IMG/VR virus record: IMGVR_UViG_3300031950_000001
Coordinates: 64,001 to 128,000 of that record
Length of the DNA: 64,000 bases
Source: a virus
Reading direction: 5' to 3' (one strand)
Made by a program: the position numbers and the translations under genes
Notes under the pieces: generated by a model
The model's database searches: none
The model's input: only the letters and a program-made list of their open reading frames with translations
Told to the model about the DNA's origin: nothing
Shown here: one piece after another, positions 1-10,347 of the stretch
How positions within the stretch are numbered: position 1 is the stretch's first letter
Layout: every line of letters begins with the position of its first letter

Positions 1-32
1 GCGGTGACTGGACTCCGGCACTGAATAAACTG

Positions 33-332
33 ATGGGCGGATACACCATCGTCAGTGATAGCGAAGCTGTAGCACCGATGTTATGGCAAGGAAGCCATAT
101 TTTGAATTGTGTGTCTTCTGTTCCTATTGAGTCGGCGGAACTGGCGTTTGAAGTTGCGAATTTCTTTATTTCCATGCGTCGTCCCATTGAACGACGCTTG
201 GCTGTCGCAAGGCTTCTTGTGGCCAAACTCACCGGTACCATGCCGTCGCAGCATGTTGCGGAATTGTGGGAAACGACAATTGCCGTTGTTTATGACTTTG
301 AAAAATCCTTTGTCGTCACCAAGACGACCTAA
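33..332 (+). CDS. hypothetical protein, probably 5'-truncated by the window edge (virion module)
   Basis: ORF co-directional with the downstream tail-like genes. Confidence 0.5.
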   Translation: MGGYTIVSDSEAVAPMLWQGSHILNCVSSVPIESAELAFEVANFFISMRRPIERRLAVARLLVAKLTGTMPSQHVAELWETTIAVVYDFEKSFVVTKTT

Positions 333-344
333 TGGAGAGCCGCC

Positions 345-842
345 ATGACCACCAAGATTAATGTTTTTGATGCCAATCCGACGCTCGACGCCGTATATAC
401 GATAGGTCATGCGACCGTTAAGGTTTATGGCGACAATAATCAGCTTATTGCAGAGCCGATGGCTGTGCTGCAGGTTAAGTATGGCTTTTCGGCACAAGTA
501 TCGCCGGTCTATGATCTTGTAACCGGCAATATGATTCTTATTCGCGGTGTCCCGATAGGTGAAATCAGCCTCGATGGTATTATTGGCGGGACGCACGCCA
601 TTACCGCATTCTTGCAAGGACTGTCCAAGGCATGCAATGGAGGCGGCAAAATCGAGATCGAGGTGAAAACTGCGTGCGAAAACAATCCTCAGCCGATCAC
701 GATTCGATTTTCATCGGCGATTATCAAGCTTATCGGCGGAACGATCTCGGCAAATGCGCCTGCACTGATGACATCCGTTTCGATCCAGTGCTTCAATATG
801 GAAATCGAAACGGGCAGTAGCGGAAGTAGTAGTGGCAGTTAA
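345..842 (+). CDS. putative tail tube-like/structural protein
   Basis: 165 aa beta-rich ORF with GGAG RBS, in a tail/baseplate context; function inferred from context only. Confidence 0.35.
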   Translation: MTTKINVFDANPTLDAVYTIGHATVKVYGDNNQLIAEPMAVLQVKYGFSAQVSPVYDLVTGNMILIRGVPIGEISLDGIIGGTHAITAFLQGLSKACNGGGKIEIEVKTACENNPQPITIRFSSAIIKLIGGTISANAPALMTSVSIQCFNMEIETGSSGSSSGS

Positions 843-871
843 ACAAAATTGAAAAAAGTGGAAGATCAACA

Positions 872-3496
872 ATGAGTGCAAAGGCAGATCCTGAACAGCT
901 TAGACAGATTCCGGCTCCGCAGCCACGACAGCATCAAACAGAGGCAGATATTGGCGGACCGCGCCCGGATCCGACGCATATAACGACAACAATGCCTATA
1001 ACCCAGGGCACGATTAAAGCCGGCAGGGTCGTAGGCATGTCGCCTTACTTGCAAGTTTATAAAGTTATTACTGGCGACGGGCTACCTGTTCTAGCCACGC
1101 CTTTACGTGTAGGCGGTCCAGGCCAATTCGGAACGGTTTCAACGCCGACGTATACTCCCGGCGATTATGTGTTGCTTCTTGTCCATCCCGGGTATCCGCA
1201 CGCCTTTATTGTCGGCGCCATGCCGCTTTCCCGCGTAGGTCCGGTTCCTGTTCCAGATAAGGTATCCCTTATCGGATGTGACTTTTATCATTCCGTCTGG
1301 GCTCCGGTAGCGACATTGTTGGGCTATCCGGACTTCTCAGGACGAACGTTTGCGGATGCCTGTGGACTCGAACAAGGTTTTACTGCAAATGGGATGGCGT
1401 TTACGATTGACCCGTTTTTAGCGCAGCTTCGTTACGACGAAGCAACGGGCCTGTTTGTTTTTGCAATGGACCGCACGGTCCGGATCAGCGGCAGGACATA
1501 TGAAGAGAGATCGGCAGCGCATGAGAAGACAGGATGGGCAGCATCCAATCTTATGTGTTTGTACGAAGGAGTTAATCTAAAGAGGCACGAACTACTTGGT
1601 TATTATTATACAGGGCTGGATCCACGCACGAGCAGGCCTACCGATGAGATTTGGGCTGCAGCAACGGATTGTGCGGATTATGGACAATTTCCTTTCCATC
1701 GTTTGCAGGAATATAAGGGCGCGCTTGGCTTCTTTAAGCGGACATTTCTAGTGGGCCTGCCGATCGAAAAGCTAGATGCTTATCATGCCTTTGAAGGCAA
1801 AAAAGACAGTCGCAGCAGTAGTAGCAGTAGCAGTGGTGATGATAACGGTAGTTCGAGCGGCGACGAGGAAAAAGAAATAGGCTATGTAGGGCTCTATGAC
1901 GAACAGTTGGGTATTGATGGCTATTATTGTGTTCGGTCGTCGGCCGGTTTCGGCTGGATAAAGACGCCCATTATTTCTGCGCCACGTCGGAAGAAGCGAA
2001 TAAATGATACCGGTCTTCAATTGAATGATCCTGTTCGTTCGTGGCCACACGACACACAGACAGGCAATTTTAAAGCCGTATCGTATGCCTTGACTACTTG
2101 GGATGTATTGCTTCATTCTTTTGTCTGGTTTGGATCGCAGAAGTTTATAAATGGAGATGACTTTGTCTGCGCTAATGAGAAAGATTATTTTGAAAAAGTC
2201 TATCAAAATCAGAGATGGGACCGTGTAATGAGTCTAAAAGGATTAGACGAGCTGCAAAGTGGCAAGTTTATGCCGCCGCCGGACAAAGCCGATCTTAATA
2301 TTTTGGGATTAAATGATGGTAAGGTTTTCAATAGCGTAGCCTACATCGCAATTCTTCCGGACGGGTCCATCACGATCGGTGATGGTTATGGCGGCGAAAT
2401 TGCGATGACCGGCGGCAAAATATTCATCGACGCGCCGGGCGGAGTATTCTTAAGATCGGGACGGGAAGTCTGTGTCCTTGCAGGAAGCGATTTTATTGCC
2501 ACGGCCGACCGAAGTATTGATATACAAGCCAAAAAAGATACACGGCTGGCAGCTAAACACAATCTTCATCTAGCCGGAGCTCTCGACGGTGGTGCTCATG
2601 GCGTGCTGATCGAGAGCCGAAGTACGGCTGATGATCCGAGTTGGTTTTTTAGTAACGACCCCGAAGCCTTGGGTGAGAACACGACCATCGGCGGTATTCG
2701 ATTGGTATGTCCGCAGCATGTAATAGCCGGTTATGCTGCGGGTGTACATATGGTTGCGCATGGATCGGGATATGGCGGAGGCGAAATCCGACTGGAAGCC
2801 TGCCGTCCCGCTCCAGGACAACCAAATGGTCATATTGTTCTGGTTGGAGATAGCGTCAATCATCATGTCGATTGTGCTGTTGTCTTTCGATATCCGGCCT
2901 ATCGGCAGGACGATGCAGATCCCACGGTTTATTTCGCGGCAAAAGATCATTTCATCGTTCCGGTTAAGCAAATTGGGACTGAAATCCAATGCAATCGCGT
3001 CGATCAATCCGGGTTTGATCAAGCCAGGTATAATGACGTAGTTACAACCGTTACAAGCACGATCTCTGCCCTGCATCCTAATAGTTTTGCAAACGACATA
3101 CCGACGACTTCGTACTGTTTCACCTTCAGGTCCGTCAATCAGATGTGTACAAAATGCATTGAGCTTATAAAGCCAAGATGGTATCGGCTTGCGTATCGGC
3201 TCGGCGAGACGTACGATAATATATTAAAAGAAAGTCACGCTCGAATTCGTCTGTTCGTACCAAAACCATGCGGGTCTTATCCTGGCTATGATCCAACCGG
3301 TCAAGCACGGCCAAAAGAGTATGATCAAGATAAGACCATTTTGGATGAGTACTATAATACGGCGGGACCTCCTCCAGAAATCATTGAGTCCCATGCGGAT
3401 ATACCTATTAGCATCAAACACGAGAACTCCATTGGCATCTATGGATTGCAGCCATGCTATCCGGACATGAGATGCGATCAGCCATCGTCCGGGTAA
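872..3496 (+). CDS. putative baseplate hub/spike protein (gp5/VgrG-like)
   Basis: N-terminal OB-fold-like segment (GRVVG...TPGDYVLLLV...AFIVGA); beta-helix-like segment (ILPDGSITIGDGYGGEIAMTGGKIFIDAPGGVFLRSG). Confidence 0.5.
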   Translation: MSAKADPEQLRQIPAPQPRQHQTEADIGGPRPDPTHITTTMPITQGTIKAGRVVGMSPYLQVYKVITGDGLPVLATPLRVGGPGQFGTVSTPTYTPGDYVLLLVHPGYPHAFIVGAMPLSRVGPVPVPDKVSLIGCDFYHSVWAPVATLLGYPDFSGRTFADACGLEQGFTANGMAFTIDPFLAQLRYDEATGLFVFAMDRTVRISGRTYEERSAAHEKTGWAASNLMCLYEGVNLKRHELLGYYYTGLDPRTSRPTDEIWAAATDCADYGQFPFHRLQEYKGALGFFKRTFLVGLPIEKLDAYHAFEGKKDSRSSSSSSSGDDNGSSSGDEEKEIGYVGLYDEQLGIDGYYCVRSSAGFGWIKTPIISAPRRKKRINDTGLQLNDPVRSWPHDTQTGNFKAVSYALTTWDVLLHSFVWFGSQKFINGDDFVCANEKDYFEKVYQNQRWDRVMSLKGLDELQSGKFMPPPDKADLNILGLNDGKVFNSVAYIAILPDGSITIGDGYGGEIAMTGGKIFIDAPGGVFLRSGREVCVLAGSDFIATADRSIDIQAKKDTRLAAKHNLHLAGALDGGAHGVLIESRSTADDPSWFFSNDPEALGENTTIGGIRLVCPQHVIAGYAAGVHMVAHGSGYGGGEIRLEACRPAPGQPNGHIVLVGDSVNHHVDCAVVFRYPAYRQDDADPTVYFAAKDHFIVPVKQIGTEIQCNRVDQSGFDQARYNDVVTTVTSTISALHPNSFANDIPTTSYCFTFRSVNQMCTKCIELIKPRWYRLAYRLGETYDNILKESHARIRLFVPKPCGSYPGYDPTGQARPKEYDQDKTILDEYYNTAGPPPEIIESHADIPISIKHENSIGIYGLQPCYPDMRCDQPSSG

Positions 3497-3584
3497 AGTT
3501 GATTCCGGAATCAAATTTCCTTAAAAACGTACATATTCTAGCGAAACGGTAATGTCGTTAGTCTGTCAAAAAGGGGACTATTCT

Positions 3585-4058
3585 ATGTCTAACGTTTCGG
3601 AAACGACGTCAGTTCCAAAAGATACGGATATCGACGTTATTGAATATCTCAACTGTCTAGCGGCAGGAAGACCGTTTGAGGCTAAGTACACCTTATTTGG
3701 AAATCTTACCGTCATGTTTCGTGAGCTATCGCTTCATGATATCCGGCTTCTCGATGAAGCCGAACAAACCCAAAACATCAACCGCAAGCAAGCGGAGGTC
3801 TTTGCCGCAATATCGCGGTTTGAAAATCAACTTCAAAATAAGACTCACCTTTTTAAACCCGTCTCCGAGCTTGCCAGATCGACACAGAACGTCGTGTCCC
3901 ATCTTGTACGATGGTTTTGCGACAATATCGCGACCACGACGACCATCTATACCGCGATTGAAAATGTATATGACGACTTCAAGCAACGACTAGAGAAGAT
4001 CGTAAAACGGGCGGCGGATCCGGATTTTTTCGTAAAAACATCGCAGCAAGAGCAATAG
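3585..4058 (+). CDS. tail assembly chaperone (gpG-like)
   Basis: Ends in PDFF over slippery T TTT TTC followed by a strong hairpin; tail module context; ATG 3585 has a GGGG RBS. Confidence 0.65.
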   Translation: MSNVSETTSVPKDTDIDVIEYLNCLAAGRPFEAKYTLFGNLTVMFRELSLHDIRLLDEAEQTQNINRKQAEVFAAISRFENQLQNKTHLFKPVSELARSTQNVVSHLVRWFCDNIATTTTIYTAIENVYDDFKQRLEKIVKRAADPDFFVKTSQQEQ

Positions 4059-4072
4059 TTCTTGCTGCGATG
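4025..4072 (+). promoter_or_regulatory. programmed -1 ribosomal frameshift signal
   Basis: TTTTTTC heptamer 4025-4031 in X XXY YYZ phase, 7-nt spacer, hairpin CATCGCAGCAAGA/TCTTGCTGCGATG 4039-4072. Confidence 0.75.
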
Positions 4073-4276
4073 GATAGAATGCCGGTTGCAGTAAAAATTG
4101 CTTACTATTGTGTTCATGAGGCTGAACAGGCGGTTTTGATGTCGGCGCTGTTGAGCATTCTGTCGGCGCTTGACACCAGTAAGGCATCCAGTGCTGCGAG
4201 TGCGTTTAACTTTTTGTATGATTTCAATCAAATAGCGGCAATGATTTTACAAAGGCGTCGCGATGAATCCGGATGA
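4031..4276 (+). CDS. -1 frameshift extension (gpGT-like) of the tail chaperone
   Basis: The -1 frame from 4031 is open and continues into the 4070..4276 ORF. Confidence 0.65.
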   Translation, partial: RKNIAARAIVLAAMDRMPVAVKIAYYCVHEAEQAVLMSALLSILSALDTSKASSAASAFNFLYDFNQIAAMILQRRRDESG

Positions 4277-4706
4277 CCAACTTACGGAATTTTTAGGAAG
4301 ACTCGGTTCTGTTGTGACGGGGCTTGCCCCTTCCAGCGTGCTGGGGATGTTTGGCCAAAATACGAGTATAGGCGGCCGGTCAGCAAACACGGGCATATCA
4401 TCCAATCCCAGCACGTCTATTCCTTCGAGCGATTTGCCATTGCCACCAGCGCCGAATTTGAACACTGCTGGTTACGCGTCTAATGTTCCATCTCTCGGTT
4501 TGCCGCCAGCACCGAATTTCCCTGAGATACCTGTTCCTAATTTGGACGCTGCTGGTTACGCGTCGAATGTTCCACAGATCAATTTTCTGAGTCCTTATAC
4601 ATCCCCGATGCCCGCGGCTATACAAACACCGAATATTTCTACGACTCCGCCGGCGGATTCATACGCAGGACTGAATTTCGATAATATTACTTTCGAGCGC
4701 GCATGA
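4263..4706 (+). CDS. Pro-rich hypothetical protein with internal duplication (LPPAPN, AGYASNVP x2)
   Basis: ORF overlaps its neighbours in an operon-like way. Confidence 0.6.
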   Translation: MNPDDQLTEFLGRLGSVVTGLAPSSVLGMFGQNTSIGGRSANTGISSNPSTSIPSSDLPLPPAPNLNTAGYASNVPSLGLPPAPNFPEIPVPNLDAAGYASNVPQINFLSPYTSPMPAAIQTPNISTTPPADSYAGLNFDNITFERA

Positions 4707-5095
4707 CAATCACAGTATTGCCGGTAAAGAACCGTGCTGTTGCCGTCGTAAAGGACGCTGTACCGATTACGGTACAGTTTCATCATACCTTCGGCGGCGC
4801 GGTGAACCGAATAACGATTGCAAGACGAGCAGGTTATCAGGTTCTGCATACGCTAGGCAACATTTTGTTTTATGCGACCTTTGTCGAAAGAGCGTCGGTA
4901 GTCGAAATACAAGGTGCTCTGTACGCTCCATGCAACTCTAGTGGAGGACGACTCTATCCAGAAGGACCGTTGCCTGCGTTAAACGCGATCATGGCAGTGG
5001 GAGGGTTTCGGGGAATATGCGTCGAAACCGCGACGTCGTACGTTGCTGGCCCTGTATCTGCTTTTAGCCTTCGGCTGGTCGGAGTTTATGCCTAG
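4703..5095 (+). CDS. hypothetical tail/baseplate protein
   Basis: ATGA overlap with upstream gene; context. Confidence 0.45.
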   Translation: MTITVLPVKNRAVAVVKDAVPITVQFHHTFGGAVNRITIARRAGYQVLHTLGNILFYATFVERASVVEIQGALYAPCNSSGGRLYPEGPLPALNAIMAVGGFRGICVETATSYVAGPVSAFSLRLVGVYA

Positions 5096-6569
5096 CCTTG
5101 TTAAGTCGCCTCCTTTTACCGCATATTGCATTATTACGGGCGGCTCCGGCATAGCCGTAGCTCCCGTCGTGAAGATCGACTGTATTTACGCTAAGAATCA
5201 AATCCCGCAAGCGACAATTGTTGTTGCAGGCGGTTATGAGCTACGCAGCATACTAGCAGGTGTTCCGCAGCTAAGTCCAATCGCGTACATGTCGCCGAGG
5301 TTTACTGATTTATATGCGGCGGAAGTAGTTCTTGGCGGCACGACTCTTATAAGCGGTATTATTGTCCATCTTTCGCGAACCGAGACGGGAAGTTCGCTTC
5401 ACTACGAGCTGCATATCAATCATTGGCTTGACTGGCTAAACTATGCTGCGCCGCATTCGGCATATAGCTCGCCCGAAAATCCCGTCTGCCTAACTGGCCA
5501 TCCTTTCAACTTTGCTTTGCCTGCGGGCCAGCTTCCTATTGGAGGCCATCTTGTTTCCGCAATGCGACATTTATATGCGCTTGGCGATTTGTGGGAGGAC
5601 AAGGTCAAACCGTTTTTGATGCAAATTCTTCGTACCAACTTCCTCGAAGACGTAGGATTTTTCCGGCTTCCGGATATACCACAGGCCCGAATGGCGTTGA
5701 GCCGGATTACCTCGTTAGGGTTGCTTCCGACGGGACTTCTTAATATCATTCCAGAGCTTCCCAACGTTATTGCGATGCTGTGTCTTGATCTTCCCAAAAA
5801 ACCGGAAGAAAGCTGGGGAAGTACGTTATGGAAGCGCCTCGTTGAAGCTTTCTGTCCTTACTTTATGCTCGATATCATACCGTGCGTGCATTCGGCGCTT
5901 ATCGTTCCCTCGACACCGACGTGTCCGTATGCGTCATTTCCTATCTTGAGAGAAGAGCAGCTAGCAAATGTCGGGGCGCGGACATTCCAAAAATCCATTA
6001 TGTTTTATGGTTTATATACTCAGGTTCAAAGTATCTATGGGCTTGGTCCCGGCGACGTATCGGCTACTCCTATTGTGGGTGGCGTTGCCAATCCTTGGCC
6101 GGGCACTATTACCTTAAGACGTGCGCCGCCTATTCTTGATTATTTGCTTACACTGGCGCCGTCGGTGGTCTATACAGGAAACGTTTTGTCGATAGGCGAT
6201 CCGCGAGGGCAGTTTCCGATTGCTGCAAATAAAGGCGGTGATCCGGCCACGCTTGCCAACGCGGCCGCATATTCTATGATGATGCGAGAGTTCTTAGAAA
6301 CACGTAAAGCCGTGCTTGTCTGTACGCCGACATACGCATTCCGGGTTGCATCGCCGGGCTCGATTATTTCGTTTGTAGGCCCGTACCTAGGTTCGACGAT
6401 CTGGTATGGTTGTGTAGACGCTGTTAGAATTATGGTAGATTCGGAATCATGCCAAGCACAAATAACATATTCCCTCTCCTATTGTCGGAATGAAGCCGAA
6501 AACGCCGCGTGTCCGGATAGCAGTCCTTTATACGGTACCTATTTTAGTGGAGCACCGTTAATCGCGTAG
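5088..6569 (+). CDS. putative baseplate hub/late-control-D-like protein
   Basis: ~490 aa; GGAG RBS before ATG 5088; C-terminal PGSIISF...YGCVDAVRI pattern resembles hub proteins. Confidence 0.4.
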   Translation: MPSLVKSPPFTAYCIITGGSGIAVAPVVKIDCIYAKNQIPQATIVVAGGYELRSILAGVPQLSPIAYMSPRFTDLYAAEVVLGGTTLISGIIVHLSRTETGSSLHYELHINHWLDWLNYAAPHSAYSSPENPVCLTGHPFNFALPAGQLPIGGHLVSAMRHLYALGDLWEDKVKPFLMQILRTNFLEDVGFFRLPDIPQARMALSRITSLGLLPTGLLNIIPELPNVIAMLCLDLPKKPEESWGSTLWKRLVEAFCPYFMLDIIPCVHSALIVPSTPTCPYASFPILREEQLANVGARTFQKSIMFYGLYTQVQSIYGLGPGDVSATPIVGGVANPWPGTITLRRAPPILDYLLTLAPSVVYTGNVLSIGDPRGQFPIAANKGGDPATLANAAAYSMMMREFLETRKAVLVCTPTYAFRVASPGSIISFVGPYLGSTIWYGCVDAVRIMVDSESCQAQITYSLSYCRNEAENAACPDSSPLYGTYFSGAPLIA

Positions 6570-6571
6570 CC

Positions 6572-7015
6572 ATGGGATGCGGATGTGGAAAGAAAGCAAA
6601 TCAGCCTAACCAGCCTCCGATGCCAGCGCCGGTACCGCCTGCGCCGGCTGTCGGACATAGACCGTTGTTTCCTCCTCCACCACCCCCACCACCTTTTTTT
6701 CCACGACCGTCATTTCATCCTGTTGTAGGAGCACCGCCTATGAGAGCAGAAGGACGACCCAGTTGTATGGAATGTGTCGAGAAGCACATTGGAGCAGCGA
6801 TGGTTCTAGCAACGGAGCTTCAGCAAGGCTATCCATATCGGGTTCGTATTATAGGTCATTTGCATGAGGCAGAGGAAGAAAGTCTGCAATGGCCTGAGCT
6901 TTCGGCCTGTATTCGAGAAGAAAGGGTCAAATTCCAACAGTCCGGGGGTAAGATTTTGCCCAATTTTGATCGAATCATCGCCATTATGGGCCGATATGCG
7001 GCCGGGACCGCCTAA
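6572..7015 (+). CDS. hypothetical protein (MGCGCGKK start, poly-Pro linker, CxxC)
   Basis: ORF track, tight packing. Confidence 0.7.
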   Translation: MGCGCGKKANQPNQPPMPAPVPPAPAVGHRPLFPPPPPPPPFFPRPSFHPVVGAPPMRAEGRPSCMECVEKHIGAAMVLATELQQGYPYRVRIIGHLHEAEEESLQWPELSACIREERVKFQQSGGKILPNFDRIIAIMGRYAAGTA

Positions 7016-7192
7016 AATTTGATTCCGGAATCAAATTTTAGGCGAATTTGTGGCTTCTGCGGCGTCGAAAGTCGGGTTCGACAGGCCAGTTGTCGTTTTT
7101 TGAGGCATTTAATATTGGGGTGGCGTTTGCCACCCTTTTTGTTTTTAGTTATGTTTTTTTCGTGTCCCTCTTTTTTAGTTAGGAGGTGTTTC

Positions 7193-8212
7193 ATGGTCGA
7201 CGTAATTCATGCAACGGCGTTTCCATTACGAATTCCCAGGCTCAGACAGATGGGCGACGCCATCGGTATCGAATCCGCCGATCGCCCCATGCAAATTATT
7301 CTTCCGGGTTTGGGTACGGAGAATGTATTTCCTCGTGCTAACCCTTCAAAGCATGGCATGTTTATCATGCCCGATAAATCAGTTATTGAAGTAGCCGACA
7401 AGATTACGTTGTATCGCTCTATGCTGAGGACCGATGAGCTTGAGACCCTATGGTCTAAAAAGACGCGTGCCTATGCCGTGGCCGTAGGAAAAGTGTTTAT
7501 TGCGGCTCTGTATCCGTCACGGATATCTATTTTAGATATGACAGGGAAGGAAGTTGATCGTATTAAGTTTAGCGCCAACGCGATTCCTCCGATCTCAAGC
7601 CGTCGGGGCGACACTCTGTGCGCGCTTCCCGCCCACGGTAGCAAAATCGTGTTTGCCTATCGTTCTCGGCGCCCACTGTGTGCCGTTGTCGTGTTTGATA
7701 TGCAGAAACGAGATATTGAAAACATTTATGAGCGCGGTTATATTTCTCCGGACGGGAGGTATCTATTTGAGCAAATAATTACGGACGTTGATCAGGACTT
7801 TCGTTTTAAAGTCATTTCCATCGAGACCGGTGCGGTTGTATTTGAGGACATATTGTCCCGCGATGTCGTCCGGTGTAGCGTTCAGGCCGGTCATATTATT
7901 GCGCAGACCGAGGATGCTGGGATACTTCTTGTCAATTTAGAGACACTTGATACGATCTCAATACCCGCATATGATGTTGCGATTACGAACGATGGGTACG
8001 TCGCAGCTGTTTCGTACAGCGATTGGACATATGGCGAAAGAAATCGTTTCCAGCAGTCGTCAGTGATATATTCGGACGATAAAATCTATCGCCCCGTCTA
8101 TATTTTTAAGCTAAGCGACCTTCCACGCGCTCAGGCGCCATTTATGAATCGTCATATCGTTCTATTTCCGACGGATGCCGTTCAGGCATATTGCGCTGTA
8201 GATGGAGTGTGA
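7193..8212 (+). CDS. beta-propeller-like hypothetical protein, paralog family A copy 1
   Basis: AGGAGG RBS before ATG 7193; shares QMGDAIGI, AVGKxFIAALYPSR and VVVFDMQKRDIENIYE with the next gene. Confidence 0.75.
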   Translation: MVDVIHATAFPLRIPRLRQMGDAIGIESADRPMQIILPGLGTENVFPRANPSKHGMFIMPDKSVIEVADKITLYRSMLRTDELETLWSKKTRAYAVAVGKVFIAALYPSRISILDMTGKEVDRIKFSANAIPPISSRRGDTLCALPAHGSKIVFAYRSRRPLCAVVVFDMQKRDIENIYERGYISPDGRYLFEQIITDVDQDFRFKVISIETGAVVFEDILSRDVVRCSVQAGHIIAQTEDAGILLVNLETLDTISIPAYDVAITNDGYVAAVSYSDWTYGERNRFQQSSVIYSDDKIYRPVYIFKLSDLPRAQAPFMNRHIVLFPTDAVQAYCAVDGV

Positions 8213-8272
8213 CCGCATAACGTAACCAATGGGCGCATGTTGCGTGAACGTTTTTAAGTTCGGAGGTGGTCC

Positions 8273-9304
8273 GTGACCCGCGTAATTCCGACAATTGTAC
8301 TTTCGTCCTTTTTAAATCCTAAGCTCCACCAGATGGGTGATGCTATAGGTATCAAATCGGATAATCGTGTCCTGGATATCCTTCTTCCGGGTTTGGATGA
8401 AGAAGACCTGCTGTGTGTTAGTCGGTATTCAGGGCCGCGTTCCGTATTTATCATGGATGATAAAGCGATTATTGGCGTGAGTGACCATTCTAGTGTTTCC
8501 CGCTATGTGCGAAAGAATGACGATTTTAGTGTCGTATGGGCCAAAAATCTACGTGCCTATACGGTGGCGGTAGGAAAAACGTTTATTGCCGCGCTGTATC
8601 CGTCTCGTGTATCGATTCTCAATCTGGAGGGTAAGGAAGTGGACAGCATTAAGTTTGCTCCTCGTACGATTCCTCGAATCATGTACGACCTAGAAGCCGG
8701 TCCGCGCGTGCTCCCCGTACACGGGAGTAAAATTGTATTTGCTTATTATTCTGCGAAAGCGCTGGACACCGCTGTTGTGGTGTTTGACATGCAAAAACGG
8801 GATATTGAGAACATTTATGAAGACCGCTGGATCTCTTCGGACGGTAAATATCTCGTTCAACAAACGATTGTCGATCGCGTGCAGAATATCCATCGTATTA
8901 CGATTGTTTCCGTTGAGACAGGAACGGTTGTATTTGATGATCTATTGCCAGACGAATTAGGCCTAACCGACATTCAGGCAGGTTACATGATCCTGAATGT
9001 CGCGTATCGCGGTGATACGCCGTATCTGTGGACGATTCTTATTAATTTAGATACCCTTGACGTAACCTCAATTCCGACCGATGAGGTGACTATTACGAAC
9101 AACGGGTACGTTGCGATTGTTCCCGATTCTAACCGGCAGTACGACGAGGAGAAGGGCTGCTGGTATACCGAGAATATTTATGACGTGGTTCATATTTTTA
9201 AACTAAGCGATATTCCACGTGCTCCGGCGACAGATATGAATGGTCATACCATTCTACTTCCGACGAATGAAATTCAGGCGTGTTGTGTTACGGATGGAGT
9301 GTGA
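8273..9304 (+). CDS. beta-propeller-like hypothetical protein, paralog family A copy 2
   Basis: GGAGG RBS; tandem paralog of 7193..8212. Confidence 0.75.
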   Translation: MTRVIPTIVLSSFLNPKLHQMGDAIGIKSDNRVLDILLPGLDEEDLLCVSRYSGPRSVFIMDDKAIIGVSDHSSVSRYVRKNDDFSVVWAKNLRAYTVAVGKTFIAALYPSRVSILNLEGKEVDSIKFAPRTIPRIMYDLEAGPRVLPVHGSKIVFAYYSAKALDTAVVVFDMQKRDIENIYEDRWISSDGKYLVQQTIVDRVQNIHRITIVSVETGTVVFDDLLPDELGLTDIQAGYMILNVAYRGDTPYLWTILINLDTLDVTSIPTDEVTITNNGYVAIVPDSNRQYDEEKGCWYTENIYDVVHIFKLSDIPRAPATDMNGHTILLPTNEIQACCVTDGV

Positions 9305-9306
9305 CT

Positions 9307-10323
9307 ATGCGTGGTATAACCCATTGTCCTATGTTACATGTGCTTCCGGAGCAAGAAAAGCAAGGAGAGGCAGTCGTGGACAGTATGGACTACCGAGTTT
9401 TTAATTTCGATGGCGAGATATTTGAAGGAAAGGACGGAAACTTATATGCTCTCGTTTATCCCCATGACGCTATTTATAAGCTAAATGGCAACGACTTGGG
9501 TCCGGTACTTTATTGTGGCCCGCAAATGTTTTACAAATCGATGACGAAGACGGGCTATGACTACGCCCTAACTCAATTTCTGTCCCGACGCGGACGCAGG
9601 TTCCGTACATGGAGGGTCTTTCGGATAAGCGAGCAAAAGGAATACACATATACGTTTCCGGCCCGGTATTTCAACGCATTCGGATTTAACGCAGAGCGAA
9701 AAGTACTAGTTGCGTTTCAAGACTCGGTGGGTCACCGCGAAGTAGTCGGCATCGATTTTCGTTCGCGTCCGCGTACGACAAGACGAGTGCTGCTCGCTTT
9801 GTGTTCGATGCCTAACGTCGACCGACTTCTTGTCGCCTACTATGACGCGTCGAGAGTTATTCATATGTACGATCTGATGGAGCACAAGCACGTCTCGACA
9901 ATCGATGTAGGCATGTTTCATATTTATGAAGTATTCACTTACTATCCACTAGCGCCGAACATCGTCATTCTGCTGGGAATGTCGGACCATCGGGCGCTCT
10001 TTATTATTAAAGATCGGTCTATCGTTTTTCAGCTTCCTCTGCTCAATCCGCATGCTGTATATTCGGTCGAAAGTATAGGCAATCGATGTATTATCGGCAT
10101 ATGTTATAGCGCCAATGATAACAGATATATTTACGCGAATTTGGACAACGAGCGATTCTGCATTTTAAGCGACGTCTCCGGAGCCGATTTATTGTGCTCT
10201 GGCGTCGTAGTCCGACTTAAGCCGCATGGTCTTATCATCATTCCGACAGCGGATCTGGAACGAAATCAAGTTGGTTTGATCAGGGCTATGCCGAGCCGAC
10301 AGTCCGCGCTTGCGCTACTGTGA
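9307..10323 (+). CDS. hypothetical protein, paralog family B copy 1
   Basis: Shares FDGxIFxGxDGxLYA, YYPxAPNI and YxNLDxxRFC with the next two genes. Confidence 0.75.
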   Translation: MRGITHCPMLHVLPEQEKQGEAVVDSMDYRVFNFDGEIFEGKDGNLYALVYPHDAIYKLNGNDLGPVLYCGPQMFYKSMTKTGYDYALTQFLSRRGRRFRTWRVFRISEQKEYTYTFPARYFNAFGFNAERKVLVAFQDSVGHREVVGIDFRSRPRTTRRVLLALCSMPNVDRLLVAYYDASRVIHMYDLMEHKHVSTIDVGMFHIYEVFTYYPLAPNIVILLGMSDHRALFIIKDRSIVFQLPLLNPHAVYSVESIGNRCIIGICYSANDNRYIYANLDNERFCILSDVSGADLLCSGVVVRLKPHGLIIIPTADLERNQVGLIRAMPSRQSALALL

Positions 10324-10347
10324 CCCGTAGAACAGGAGGATCGTACA

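Noticed and set aside
7019-7192. ORF starts or segments reading MIPESNF (also 15499, 24339, within 37253 and on the minus strand)
   Set aside because: Artefacts of the palindrome's TTG; real starts with RBSs lie downstream.
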